This document shows positions 27,136-36,279 of a DNA stretch of 41,349 nucleotides, piece after piece; the first letter of the stretch is position 1, and every line of letters begins with the position of its first letter. The DNA comes from a virus (taxonomy: Duplodnaviria > Caudoviricetes), in IMG/VR virus record IMGVR_UViG_3300045831_000017, positions 1 through 41,349 of that record. One strand, written 5' to 3'. Position numbers and translations under genes: made by a program. The notes below the pieces were generated by a model that searched no databases, was not told the origin of the DNA, and was given only the letters and a program-made list of their open reading frames with translations.

Positions 27136-28886
27136 TTGATCCTCCTTGCTCCGCGGTTGCGGGTGGTCTTGACTTTGGGGTTGAGCAGGGCGAGTTGGCG
27201 GCCCATGCGGGCGCCGACCATGGTGACGGCGTAGTCGACGAGGTCGTTGGAGCTGCGGTTGATCTTGCCGAGTCCGATGCCCCACTGGTTGGGGCGGCGG
27301 CGGGCGTTGTGGACGTGGTTGCGGAGCATCGGGGCGCCGTCGTGGGTGAGGGTGTGCTCTTCCTCGATGTCGAGGGCGGTCTGCATCGCGGCCTCGGTGA
27401 ACAGCTTGTTGCGCTTCACCGCGCCGGAGGTCGAGAGCCGCATGTCGAACAGGACACTGTGGCCGCCGGCGCCGGGGGTGGCCCAGACCTTGAGCTTCTT
27501 CTGGAAGTCGCGGTGCCACTGGTCGATCATGGGCCGCCAGTACAGGGCCTCGGTGTCGTCGTCGGTGGCCGGGGACGGGTCCACGCCGAACCAGACGACG
27601 TCGTAGAAGTCGAAGGCCTCCCGGACGACAGCGTCGACGACCTCGCGGGGTGCGAGCCAGCCCTTGCCGCGTTCGCCGTGAGGCTTACGCCAGCCGCCGA
27701 GGCTGAGGACGTGGCCGTCGGAGAGCCTGCAGGCCGACAGTGTCGTGGCGTCGCCGGACTTGGAGCAGTCGAGGAACATGGCGATCTTCTCCCCTTCCTC
27801 GACGGTGATGTCGGGTTGTGCGCAGTCGTCGAAGGCTCGTGGGTCGACCCAGGCGTCCTCGGCGGCCGCGAGTCCGTTGAGGTAGAAGCGGATGGTCTCT
27901 GCGGGGCTGGTGCGGGAGTCCAGGGCCTCGGAGAGCAGGCGGTCGATGTCGGCCCAGGGGGCGTCCATGTAGGCCTGCTCGATGCCGTGACGCATCGAGA
28001 CGGGGTCGCCGGGGTTGGTGGTCGGGTCGGCCTCGGTTGAGTCGTAGAGCATGTCCCGCAGCGGCTCAGGGCGCATCTGCTGGATCTGCCACTCGTCGAA
28101 GGACTTCTCTGCGACGGAGTCCATGCCGGGACTGTGGGCGTTGGTGAGCTCCAGGACGCGGGCCTGGATGCTGGCCGGAGACTTACCGGCGTTGCGGCGG
28201 GCGGTGTCCGCGGTCTTCTCGCCGCCGGACGCCGCGGTCATGTGGTGGGACTCGTTGAGGAAGACCGCGGTGGGCGGGTCGCCCTCCATGGACTTCTCCG
28301 AGGCGGTGAGCAGCTCGATGCGGCAGCCGCCAGGCATGACCGTGCGGGTCTGGCCGACGTCGATGTTCAGCGAGTGGACCAGGTCCGCACTGAACATGCT
28401 GTTGACCATGCGCATCAGCTTCGACGCCTGGTTCAGCGAGTTCGCGGCGAGCTGCACCAGCGACATACGCCGCCGGCGTCCGAGGATCATCCCGTCTACG
28501 ATCCGGTCGAACTGCACCGGGCCGCAGAACTCGATGATCGCCAGGGCCGCGGCGAACGGGTCCTTGCCGGTGCCCTTGGCCCCGCGCTTGACCCCCGTGC
28601 GGTACAGCCACCGGCCCGTGTCGGGGTCGATGGCGTACCAGAGGTGGACGAAGCGGGCCTGCCCCGGGGTGAAGCGCCACGGCTTGCCCGAGTTCGGCTC
28701 TACGAGGTTGCGGTGAGCCCACACGATGATGTGCGGCCCCAGCGACGGCGGCAGCTCGGCAAGCCGAGATGGGTCCGAGTACGGCAGCGAGGGGTCACCA
28801 GGCCACGGCAGCGTGGTCCACGCTCCGGTGTCCGGGTCCACCCGGTAACCGGGCATGAGCATCGCTGGTGCAGCCGGTGCGGTCAT
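27132..28886 (-). CDS. terL: Terminase large subunit
   Basis: Walker A RGAKGTGKDP, Walker B-like VFLNESHH, nuclease FLDCSKSGDAT and C-terminal VDYAV. Confidence 0.95.
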   Translation of the reverse strand: MTAPAAPAMLMPGYRVDPDTGAWTTLPWPGDPSLPYSDPSRLAELPPSLGPHIIVWAHRNLVEPNSGKPWRFTPGQARFVHLWYAIDPDTGRWLYRTGVKRGAKGTGKDPFAAALAIIEFCGPVQFDRIVDGMILGRRRRMSLVQLAANSLNQASKLMRMVNSMFSADLVHSLNIDVGQTRTVMPGGCRIELLTASEKSMEGDPPTAVFLNESHHMTAASGGEKTADTARRNAGKSPASIQARVLELTNAHSPGMDSVAEKSFDEWQIQQMRPEPLRDMLYDSTEADPTTNPGDPVSMRHGIEQAYMDAPWADIDRLLSEALDSRTSPAETIRFYLNGLAAAEDAWVDPRAFDDCAQPDITVEEGEKIAMFLDCSKSGDATTLSACRLSDGHVLSLGGWRKPHGERGKGWLAPREVVDAVVREAFDFYDVVWFGVDPSPATDDDTEALYWRPMIDQWHRDFQKKLKVWATPGAGGHSVLFDMRLSTSGAVKRNKLFTEAAMQTALDIEEEHTLTHDGAPMLRNHVHNARRRPNQWGIGLGKINRSSNDLVDYAVTMVGARMGRQLALLNPKVKTTRNRGARRIK

Positions 28887-29308
28887 CCGTACAGCCCCCT
28901 CATCGCCTCAATGTCGGTGACAGTCGCCTCCGTCCCCTCGTCAGCGCCCTCGGCCGCGTGCTGCAGCTCAATGCGGGCACGCCGCCGGTCCGGCTCGGTG
29001 AACATAAGCTTCGCCATCATCTTGTCGATCTCTGCCAACTGCCCGGCGCGCAGTGGAGCGTCGTCGGCGTGGTTGAGCATCTTGGAGAGCTGGTCCATGG
29101 TCAGGCGGGCGTACTCCCAGTCGGACTGCTGCCAGAACGCGGTCTGGCCGGAGTCCTTGAGGGAGCGGTAGAGCCGCTTGGCCGTAGTGTGCCAAGCCCG
29201 GTCCTCGGCGGGGCGCTTGGCAGGGATCGCGGCGCCGATCTTCGTGATGACGTCGGGCTTGTTGCGGCGGACGCGGTCTGCGTCGCGCTTCGGCATGGGG
29301 CCGGGCAC
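28883..29308 (-). CDS. terS: Terminase small subunit
   Basis: PGPMPKR...RRNK, SGQ..FWQQSDW and DRRRARIEL motifs, directly before TerL. Confidence 0.85.
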   Translation of the reverse strand: MPGPMPKRDADRVRRNKPDVITKIGAAIPAKRPAEDRAWHTTAKRLYRSLKDSGQTAFWQQSDWEYARLTMDQLSKMLNHADDAPLRAGQLAEIDKMMAKLMFTEPDRRRARIELQHAAEGADEGTEATVTDIEAMRGLYG

Positions 29309-29326
29309 GGCGACCTCCTTCCGGGG

Positions 29327-29905
29327 TCAGGGCAGGGTGTCGATCGCCTCCTGGAGGTCGGCGAGGATGACGGGGCAGTTGGGGACGGGGTTGCCGGTGA
29401 CGGTGATGAAGCGACCGGCGGCGTAGACCTCGACGCGGTGGCCTCGGAAGCGGCGGATGCAGGCTCCGGTGTGCTGTGCGCGGCCCCAGAGGTGCAGCCC
29501 GTCTCCGGAGGGGCTGACCTCGGCCCAGGTGCCCGGGAAGTGCCGCAGGAGGGCGCGGGCCCAGGGCTGCGGTCGCCCGGCGCGGTCTAGGCAGTGGTCG
29601 ATGTCGATGCAGACGATGCCGTCGCCGTTGAGGACGAAGCCGCGGCGGTCGGCGTCCTGGACGTCTTCGACGGGTCGCCAGTTCGTGGGGCGGTGGGCGT
29701 TGATGGCGTGGCCGCGCGGGTTGACGGGGACCTTGTTGCCGTCGCGGTCTGCCCAGCGGATCCAGCGGGGTGTGCGGTCGAGGGCGTCGGGGAGCTGCTT
29801 GCGGTGCCGGCATGCGGCGGTGCGGCAGCGGCCGGAGCAGTAGCGGGCGGTTCGTCCGCGACTGCCGGCACTTTGCAGGGGGCTGTCACACCAGGCGCAT
29901 TTCAT
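29327..29905 (-). CDS. Zn-finger plus stand-alone prim-pol (AEP, NrS-1-like primase domain) protein
   Basis: CxxC...YCSGRCR N-terminus, then CIDIDHC, EVSPSGDGLHLW and VEVY..GRFITVTG. Possibly leaderless, with TAGGCT 6 nt upstream. Confidence 0.8.
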   Translation of the reverse strand: MKCAWCDSPLQSAGSRGRTARYCSGRCRTAACRHRKQLPDALDRTPRWIRWADRDGNKVPVNPRGHAINAHRPTNWRPVEDVQDADRRGFVLNGDGIVCIDIDHCLDRAGRPQPWARALLRHFPGTWAEVSPSGDGLHLWGRAQHTGACIRRFRGHRVEVYAAGRFITVTGNPVPNCPVILADLQEAIDTLP

Positions 29906-30113
29906 GGTTCCAGCCTACCCCGACTGTAACGTATTACCTAGTCTGACCTGCTATAACGTGTGTTCTATTGGGCGGATCATCGGAGAGCGCCTGTGCCGAG
30001 CAGGGCACCAAAAACGGTCCCGTACAGGGCGAAAGGCGCTCAGATGGACGATGAGGGCGATACATGATCTGACCTGGTAAAAACCCTGGAACCCGTACAC
30101 AGTTGGAGGCCCT

Positions 30114-30123
30114 ATGCCGTCCG
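30114..30123 (-). other. Candidate cos 3'-overhang CGGACGGCAT
   Basis: Intergenic between HNH and the packaging genes, after a GGGGTGGG..CCCCCCACCCC tract and before TGTGTACGGGT. Resembles recalled actinophage 10-11 nt cos overhangs. Confidence 0.5.
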
Positions 30124-30227
30124 GCCCTCAGATCGAGGGGGTGGGGGGATTCCCACCCCGGTGGGTCCGAGGAAGAATCGGGCTCCTGTCATCGCCTGTG
30201 CAACTCAGGGCAAATTCTCCAAGGCGG

Positions 30228-30590
30228 TCAGCCGCGGCCCATGGCACGGCCCCAGGCTCCCCAGTCCACCGGACCGTCGGCGCCGGAGGTCGGGTGGGCC
30301 ATCGGCGGGCGCTTCCGCGACTGCTTCGCCCGGGCCCGCTGTGCCTCCTCCTGCGTCTTCGCCTCGTGGCAGGGATCGCAGGTGGACTGGAGGTTGCTGA
30401 GCTCGTCTCCCCCACCCTCGGACACCGGGATGATGTGATCGACCTGGGTCGCCTCCACCTCACAGTCCGGACCCCCGATCAGGCAGGTGTGCCCGTCCCT
30501 GCGGAGGACCCGGCGTCGAAGCTTGTGCGGCACACCCCGCGACCGAGGGCCTGTGGAGCGGCTGCGGTACTGACCCGTCATCGTGATCAC
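30228..30590 (-). CDS. HNH endonuclease (packaging-associated)
   Basis: VLRRDGHTC...ATQVDHIIP..GG.D..NLQSTCDPCHEAKT. Confidence 0.92.
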   Translation of the reverse strand: MITMTGQYRSRSTGPRSRGVPHKLRRRVLRRDGHTCLIGGPDCEVEATQVDHIIPVSEGGGDELSNLQSTCDPCHEAKTQEEAQRARAKQSRKRPPMAHPTSGADGPVDWGAWGRAMGRG

Positions 30591-30617
30591 CTCATCGACA
30601 CGTCGTGAGCAACGAGA

Positions 30618-30649
30618 GAACCCCGAACCACTGTCGCGGTTCGAGGTTC
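30618..30649 (-). terminator. Hairpin upstream of the HNH gene
   Basis: GAACCCCGAACC/GGTTCGAGGTTC stem with pyrimidine tail on the minus strand. Confidence 0.5.
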
Positions 30650-30712
30650 AGTGCTCGCCTGAGGCGAAGCCTACCACGTCTGGTGGCGGATGCAGGTCAG
30701 AGCGTTCCACCA

Positions 30713-31441
30713 TCACTGCACCCGACGCACCGACGCCAGTCGCTCCTCCATCCCCCGAGCATGAGCCACCGTGTCCTCCAGCGAACAGGACACCGAGCCG
30801 TCGGGATGAGGCATCGACCGGATGGCCCCAGCCTTCGCCCACTCCCCCACGGTCCTTCGACCCACGGGCCACCCCAGGATGGCAGCAGCCTTCGACACCT
30901 CCGAGGGATTGCCCCACATGCCACGCCCCGGGGGCGGTGGGTCTACCGGGGCCGGGGGCTCAGCCCCGGGGGCCTGGGCACCAGCACCCCCCGGGCCTAC
31001 CTCGGAGGGGGTGGGGCCCTTCGCAGACAGGGGCGGGTCCACCAGATCGGCCACCCTCCTCGCCTGCTGCCCGACGACCACCGCCGCGTCCGCCGCCTGC
31101 TCGTGTCCAGCCACATCCTCGACATGGTCCAGCAACCAACCCGCCAGCTCCGACACCGACACGGGACCAGGACGCCGACGACGAGGAGCCGCCAACCCGC
31201 CGGCACTGCACACCGCGCCCACGATCTGCTTCAACAGCAGCCAGCACTCATGCTCCACCGCGAACGGATGCTCACGCACCGGAGACCTCGGCCCCGGCAC
31301 TGACGCGCACACACCAGCATTCGACCCGGACGCCGCCACCGACGGGACCACCAGATCACCCAGCCTCGGCCCCAGACGCACCAACACCTGCAGATCCCGG
31401 ACCAGGACCTCACGCTCTGCCTCACCCAGCACAGAGATCAC
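30713..31441 (-). CDS. Hypothetical protein with C-terminal HTH-like domain (possible late regulator)
   Basis: Last early gene. C-terminal EVSKAAAILG..VGRRTVGEWAKAGAI resembles a MerR/Xis-type HTH. Confidence 0.6.
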   Translation of the reverse strand: MISVLGEAEREVLVRDLQVLVRLGPRLGDLVVPSVAASGSNAGVCASVPGPRSPVREHPFAVEHECWLLLKQIVGAVCSAGGLAAPRRRRPGPVSVSELAGWLLDHVEDVAGHEQAADAAVVVGQQARRVADLVDPPLSAKGPTPSEVGPGGAGAQAPGAEPPAPVDPPPPGRGMWGNPSEVSKAAAILGWPVGRRTVGEWAKAGAIRSMPHPDGSVSCSLEDTVAHARGMEERLASVRRVQ

Positions 31442-32697
31442 CTACCCTTCTTCTTCCCTCGACGCCTGTGTCTCTTCTTCTTCGGACCGCACTTCTCACC
31501 GTCAGCAGAAACGTCACCGCCCCCTACCTCACCGTTACCGACACGCACCGTCCCGTCCCGTCCCGACCCGTATAATCCGGATCCTGCACACTCGCGACCT
31601 GCCGGATCTGACTTTTTCGGCAGGTCGATCTTCTCCGCAGGTCGGACACTGTTTCGCTGTCGGGGAGACTGCTGGCTCGCTGATCGACCGGACGCACCTC
31701 GACCGCCATTGCTGGCAGGAGATGCAGACCCGGGATCCGCGGTGGCCGCGTCGTCACCCGTCGCGGGCACGGTGGTCTCTTCGGTGGCGACGCCGTCGAT
31801 GCCGTCCCGCTCCACCTGGCTGGCGGAGGTCGTCATCTTGGGGTCAGCGACACCGAGGTGCGCCGGCATCGGGGGAACCTGCTGAGAATCAAGCCCGTGG
31901 CCGTTCGCGCCGATGGCATCGGCGTTCGTCTCGACGGGCGACTCGATCAGCAGTTCCCCCGGCACAGGCACGTGAGACTCGTGTCCGGGCGGAACAGATC
32001 CGAACGGGACGTACTTGTCCCGCTTCGGCGGAAGCTTCTGGACGCCGTTGTCACGGGCCCAGGTGGAGTTGTTGATCCACTCGATGGTGGTCTTGTCGAA
32101 GTACGGGGGCACAGGCTTCGGCAGCAGCGGGACGCGCGTGTCGGCGTCCTGGTCGTTGCCGCGCTTGGCATTGCACTCCCCGCAGCACACGACCAGCGTG
32201 TCGACCGTGGCCGCCTGGCCCGGTTCACGATGGTCGTAGGTGCCGGCCAGCTTGCCCTTGCGGGCAGTCCACTTCACGACCTTGCCGCAGTAGCGGCAGG
32301 CGTCACCATCTCGCAGACGGACAGGGATGATCAGCGCGGGGTTACCGTTGTCCTGCTTGCGCTGACGCTCCCAGTTGATCTCCTCCTCGGTCTTCATGTG
32401 GAGGAACTCGGGGTCTTCGATAATCTTCCACCCACGGACGCCGTTCATGTCCACGACCTCCATGAGGCCAGCCTGGACGCAGGCGTCAGTGAGGACACCG
32501 AGACGGTCGCCCGCGAGGGTGTAGGCCGTTCCGATGTCCAGGACATAGTCCGTGATGAAGTTGGCCGACTGCGTCGCAGAGCGCCACAGGAAGCCAGCCA
32601 CCTCGTTGACGAGGCGACTATCGAAGTTCGCGTTGGCGACCACGGAGAGCAGCTTCGGGTACATCGCCGCGTCGTCGCCACTCCTCAGCCAAGGCAT
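31438..32697 (-). CDS. Replication-initiator-like protein with central HNH domain
   Basis: MPWLRSGDD..YPKL N-terminus, RDGDACRYCG...TYDH...LVVCCGECNAKRG, low-complexity basic tail. Confidence 0.7.
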   Translation of the reverse strand: MPWLRSGDDAAMYPKLLSVVANANFDSRLVNEVAGFLWRSATQSANFITDYVLDIGTAYTLAGDRLGVLTDACVQAGLMEVVDMNGVRGWKIIEDPEFLHMKTEEEINWERQRKQDNGNPALIIPVRLRDGDACRYCGKVVKWTARKGKLAGTYDHREPGQAATVDTLVVCCGECNAKRGNDQDADTRVPLLPKPVPPYFDKTTIEWINNSTWARDNGVQKLPPKRDKYVPFGSVPPGHESHVPVPGELLIESPVETNADAIGANGHGLDSQQVPPMPAHLGVADPKMTTSASQVERDGIDGVATEETTVPATGDDAATADPGSASPASNGGRGASGRSASQQSPRQRNSVRPAEKIDLPKKSDPAGRECAGSGLYGSGRDGTVRVGNGEVGGGDVSADGEKCGPKKKRHRRRGKKKGR

Positions 32698-32858
32698 GCG
32701 CTACCACTCCCGGATCGGGCGAGCGTGCCTGGCCGAGGGGGGGCCGGGCGTGTCATCGAAGTCACTGTCGTTCTCCTGGTCGTCATGGTCGGTGAGGTTG
32801 GCCCGGTCGGTTCCCGGCGCGGTGGCCGGCGGTTCGCGGGGCCGGTGGTGATGGTTGG

Positions 32859-33044
32859 TCAACTGATGATCACGACCTTTGTTCGGGAGGTGACTTCCGT
32901 GTCGGAGATGTGGGCTTCTTCTCTGGCGAGGACGCTTCGGATCGGGAGGTCGGAGAATTCGATTCGGACTGCGGCTTCTGCGAAGCCCATGTCTGCTACC
33001 TGCTGCAGGCGGGAGATGAGCTGGTTGACGGTGAGTGCGGTCAC
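32859..33044 (-). CDS. Hypothetical protein
   Basis: GTG start overlapping the upstream stop (GTGA), 61 aa beginning TALTVNQLISRLQQ. Confidence 0.6.
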   Translation of the reverse strand: MTALTVNQLISRLQQVADMGFAEAAVRIEFSDLPIRSVLAREEAHISDTEVTSRTKVVIIS

Positions 33045-33934
33045 TTCTGGTCTTCCTTCGGCTGGTAGAGGACAGTGACGGATCGCTCCATCCGGATGAC
33101 CTGGCTGGATGAGTAGCCTTGTGCAGTGATGTCGAGCCATTCGTCGTAGCTGTCCCGCTGGTATACGTCAGGGTTCTTGTCATCGGCGCTGAGGATGACG
33201 GAGCGGAACGGCAGTGCGTCTAGTTCTTCCACGCTGTTGACGGTGCGGGGTGCTGGGACCAGCCTGCGGAGGAGAGTAATGGCGTCGTCGTCCAGGACCA
33301 GTGGCGCCGAACTGAATGATCCAACACACCACCTGTCGAGAGTGCGGAACGCAGGTCCGTGCAGCACGTTGATCCCGCCCTCGATGTTCTTTGTGTACGC
33401 GGAGACCCACCATGCCTCACCCGAGGGCACGTCGGCGGGGTCTTGCACGAGCCACGGCTGTCCGGCAGGCACGTCGGCGGGGTTGGTGCTTTCTGCGTTG
33501 CTTTCTGCACCTTTCTGCACGTCGGGGAGGACGACGGTGTCGCGGGGGACGCCGTGCAGTTTCATGAGCTGCTGCTGGCGGGCGACCTGGGTGGTGAGCC
33601 TGCCCACCTCGACGCGTAACGTCTCGACGGTCTCAAGGTGATCCGCTTCGGAGGCCATGGCTTCGTCGCGGTTCTGCTCGATCTGCTCGACGCAGTCTGC
33701 AAGGTTGAGCAGTTCGTGCCTCCCGGTACCCACGACGCCTGTGTAGTGCTTGTCTGCCCATGCCCGGATCTCGTCAGCGAGGGTGGGGGCGGCGGGTTCG
33801 GGGAAAATGGCGCGGAGGTCTCGCAGCCACTCTTGGGGGCTGCCGGTGTACCGGGGCTCGTTGTTCACGGCCCCCTTCATCTGGTCGAGGACGCGCTGCA
33901 CTTCGCGCTCCTGGGCTTCGGTGATGTCAGTCAC
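33041..33934 (-). CDS. Hypothetical mosaic early protein
   Basis: 297 aa, coupled on both sides, with an internal duplicated PADVPxG motif. Confidence 0.75.
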   Translation of the reverse strand: MTDITEAQEREVQRVLDQMKGAVNNEPRYTGSPQEWLRDLRAIFPEPAAPTLADEIRAWADKHYTGVVGTGRHELLNLADCVEQIEQNRDEAMASEADHLETVETLRVEVGRLTTQVARQQQLMKLHGVPRDTVVLPDVQKGAESNAESTNPADVPAGQPWLVQDPADVPSGEAWWVSAYTKNIEGGINVLHGPAFRTLDRWCVGSFSSAPLVLDDDAITLLRRLVPAPRTVNSVEELDALPFRSVILSADDKNPDVYQRDSYDEWLDITAQGYSSSQVIRMERSVTVLYQPKEDQK

Positions 33935-34157
33935 TGTCGACCTCCTGAGCCTTGATCTCGACGAGGGTGGCGAGCTCTGTTACTGCGATCATCATCAGAT
34001 CTGCGATTGCGCACAGGGCCGCGACCTGCGTCTGCTGCATGTACTTGTCCCGGACCCTGGACGGTTTGTCCTTTCCCCACGGGTCGATCTCGTTGAGTTC
34101 CTCGAGGTGGTTGACGAGCTCTTCGGTCATCTTCATCCTGCAACGGTCCTTGGTCAC
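33927..34157 (-). CDS. Hypothetical protein
   Basis: 76 aa with overlapping start and stop to its neighbours. Confidence 0.65.
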   Translation of the reverse strand: MTKDRCRMKMTEELVNHLEELNEIDPWGKDKPSRVRDKYMQQTQVAALCAIADLMMIAVTELATLVEIKAQEVDSD

Positions 34158-34540
34158 GGTTCTTCCACTTCCTTCTGTGCGGCCTGTCGGTCGGCGGCGT
34201 CCGCGGCGGCGAGCAGGTGCGCAGCCTGGATGCGGGCGGCAGTGGTGGTGAGCCAGGACGCCTCGTACATCAGGTGGAAGATCGTGACGCCACCGCTCTC
34301 GACGGCGACGTCGAGGGTGTCGTCGTCTCTCCCGGGTCCGTTACGGGTCCAGCGTGGGTTGCCGTTCAGGTCGGTGGTGTCCGACGGGACGGACCGGTCA
34401 GTGCCGAGGCGCAGTCCGGCGGCAGTCGCTCGGGTCATGAAGTCCCCGGCCATGGACATGGCCTCGGTGGGCCCGATGCCCATGTCGACGAAGATCTGCT
34501 CTACGAGCTCCACCGGGGTGGTGGCGATGGTGGCGGTCAT
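34154..34540 (-). CDS. Hypothetical protein
   Basis: MTATIATTP start overlapping the upstream stop (ATGA). Confidence 0.7.
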   Translation of the reverse strand: MTATIATTPVELVEQIFVDMGIGPTEAMSMAGDFMTRATAAGLRLGTDRSVPSDTTDLNGNPRWTRNGPGRDDDTLDVAVESGGVTIFHLMYEASWLTTTAARIQAAHLLAAADAADRQAAQKEVEEP

Positions 34541-35073
34541 GCTGCTGTTCCTTCCGGGTGGGTCTTCCCCCGGTGGTTTCCGGGGCGGGGTGGGGTGGCG
34601 TACTGGTCGAGGGTTCCGGCGGTCTTCGCCCGGGAGTAGCAGCGGGCGCACAGTCCGCGGCACTGGACGACGACGTGGCCTTCGGGGATGACCGGGGCTC
34701 CGATGCCGGTGTGCCTCGGGTGCATCGGCTGGTGGCACATGGCGCACTCGGTGGTCCGGTCCTCCTCCGAGGGCTGGCCCCACTGTCGGGCGGCCATGAC
34801 GCCGGTGACGCGGCACCCGGCGTCCTCGAAGGCCTTGAGCTGCTTCTCGCACTCGGCCAGGATCGGGCAGGTCTTGCAGAGGCGGACGGCCTTGCGCATC
34901 TTCTCCCAGCGGTCCTGTCGGGCTGCCTTGCTGGCGACGTGCATGTCGCACCACTCCCCCGACCAGATCCGGGGGTCACTGGTGGTGCACACGCCGCCGC
35001 GGAGGTCCGTGTCCCCGAGGATGGACTTCACGATGTCCGGGTCGATGATCCTGCCTGCGCTTCCTCCTGGCAT
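34537..35073 (-). CDS. WhiB-family transcription factor with extra C-terminal Cys-rich domain
   Basis: C...CKTCPILAEC and GVMAA (WhiB turn motif variant), then CAMC...GLCARCY. Confidence 0.75.
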   Translation of the reverse strand: MPGGSAGRIIDPDIVKSILGDTDLRGGVCTTSDPRIWSGEWCDMHVASKAARQDRWEKMRKAVRLCKTCPILAECEKQLKAFEDAGCRVTGVMAARQWGQPSEEDRTTECAMCHQPMHPRHTGIGAPVIPEGHVVVQCRGLCARCYSRAKTAGTLDQYATPPRPGNHRGKTHPEGTAA

Positions 35074-35879
35074 CAGAACACCCCGTTCTTCGGGGCGGTG
35101 AACGTGACCACGTTCGTGCCGGCGCTCGCGCCGGTCTCGATGGTCATCGACTCCCCCGGTTCCAGGGTGCTGCCGAGAGTTTCCACCGCGGCGTCGGGCA
35201 GCTTCGCCCCGGGCCGGAACTCGTCCGGGATGACGCTGATGATCCGGGCGGACACACCCAGGGCGATCAGGTGGTGCGTCTCGGTCGCGGCGAAGAACAG
35301 ATCGGCCTTGTTGAAGATCGCGGCCGCCTTCTCGGCGGCAGCGGTGACCGACTGGCTGATCGGGGGGATCTTGCCCTTCTCCCGGATCAGCGCCGGCCAC
35401 ACCTCGGCCACGACCTGCGGCACGTCCGGGGCGGTCTCCTGCATCGCCCTCCTGTCCCAGTTGTGGTTCAGGCCGTCGATCAGGCCGGAGGCGTCGACGG
35501 TGCGGATCTTCGACTCGTCAGCCGTGATCCGCATCTGTGCCTCCCCGTCAGGGTTCGACCCGTAGATGGAGACGAGCTGGGCGACCTGGTCCACGGTGAG
35601 GTCGATGACCCCGGCGTCGGACCATGCGCCCTCGACGAGGGCGGCGGAGGTGATGAACATCGCCAGCGGCGTCGCCGCGGTGATGATCATCCGGTCATCG
35701 TGCGGCTGCAGACGGACGCTGGTGTAACTGTCGCCCTCGTCCTTGGGGTTGGTGAACAGACGCGCGGCGCGGATGCCACGGATCAGCGGCAGCGAGCGGA
35801 CCATGACGTCCACGCCGAGGCGGTTGTCGCCCGGCTCGACCGGGCGGATGGTCGTGGCGTGTGCAGATCGGATGGTCAT
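35073..35879 (-). CDS. Hypothetical protein, possible sliding-clamp-like fold
   Basis: 268 aa. SVRLQPHDDRMIITAAT resembles the beta-clamp strand motif, but the match is weak. Confidence 0.6.
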   Translation of the reverse strand: MTIRSAHATTIRPVEPGDNRLGVDVMVRSLPLIRGIRAARLFTNPKDEGDSYTSVRLQPHDDRMIITAATPLAMFITSAALVEGAWSDAGVIDLTVDQVAQLVSIYGSNPDGEAQMRITADESKIRTVDASGLIDGLNHNWDRRAMQETAPDVPQVVAEVWPALIREKGKIPPISQSVTAAAEKAAAIFNKADLFFAATETHHLIALGVSARIISVIPDEFRPGAKLPDAAVETLGSTLEPGESMTIETGASAGTNVVTFTAPKNGVF

Positions 35880-36037
35880 TGCTGGTCTCCTTTCTGGGGG
35901 TCTGGGGGAAGGTCTTCGAGGGTGAGCTGACCGGGGAGGTCCGGCGGGGTGGACCGGGGCGAGGCGACCCAGTGGTGGATCTGTGCGCGTCTCTCCGGGG
36001 TGAGCGCCGCCCACCAGGCGTCGGCGTCGTCTCCCAC
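35876..36037 (-). CDS. 53-aa hypothetical protein, not in the ORF track
   Basis: MGDDADAWWAALTPERRAQIHHWV...PGQLTLEDL...QQ. Fills the gap exactly and its stop overlaps the next ATG. Confidence 0.65.
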   Translation of the reverse strand: MGDDADAWWAALTPERRAQIHHWVASPRSTPPDLPGQLTLEDLPPDPQKGDQQ

Positions 36038-36040
36038 GGG

Positions 36041-36277
36041 TCAGCGCTCCGCCAGGGTGCCGAGGGCACCGACGCGGGACCAGGGCCAGCGTGGGGTGCC
36101 ATTGCCCCCGTCGTTGAGAGAGACGGACTTCCTGTTGAGCTTCGAGAAGATCTTCTCGACCTGGCCGCTGTTGGAGCGGACGTGGGTGACGCCGAGGCGA
36201 TCGGCTTCGGCCTGAATCCGCTCGAGCGGGGGGTTCGGGTTGGCTCCGTTGATGATCAGGGGGATGAACTCGGCCAT
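36041..36277 (-). CDS. Hypothetical protein
   Basis: 78 aa with AAGGAGG SD. Confidence 0.65.
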   Translation of the reverse strand: MAEFIPLIINGANPNPPLERIQAEADRLGVTHVRSNSGQVEKIFSKLNRKSVSLNDGGNGTPRWPWSRVGALGTLAER

Positions 36278-36279
36278 GA

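Noticed and set aside
31954-31960. Another in-frame G GGG GAA in the replication gene (also GGGGGAA at 11821 and 34565)
   Set aside because: No supporting duplicated cassette, evident stimulator or meaningful -1 product. Expected by chance at this GC content.
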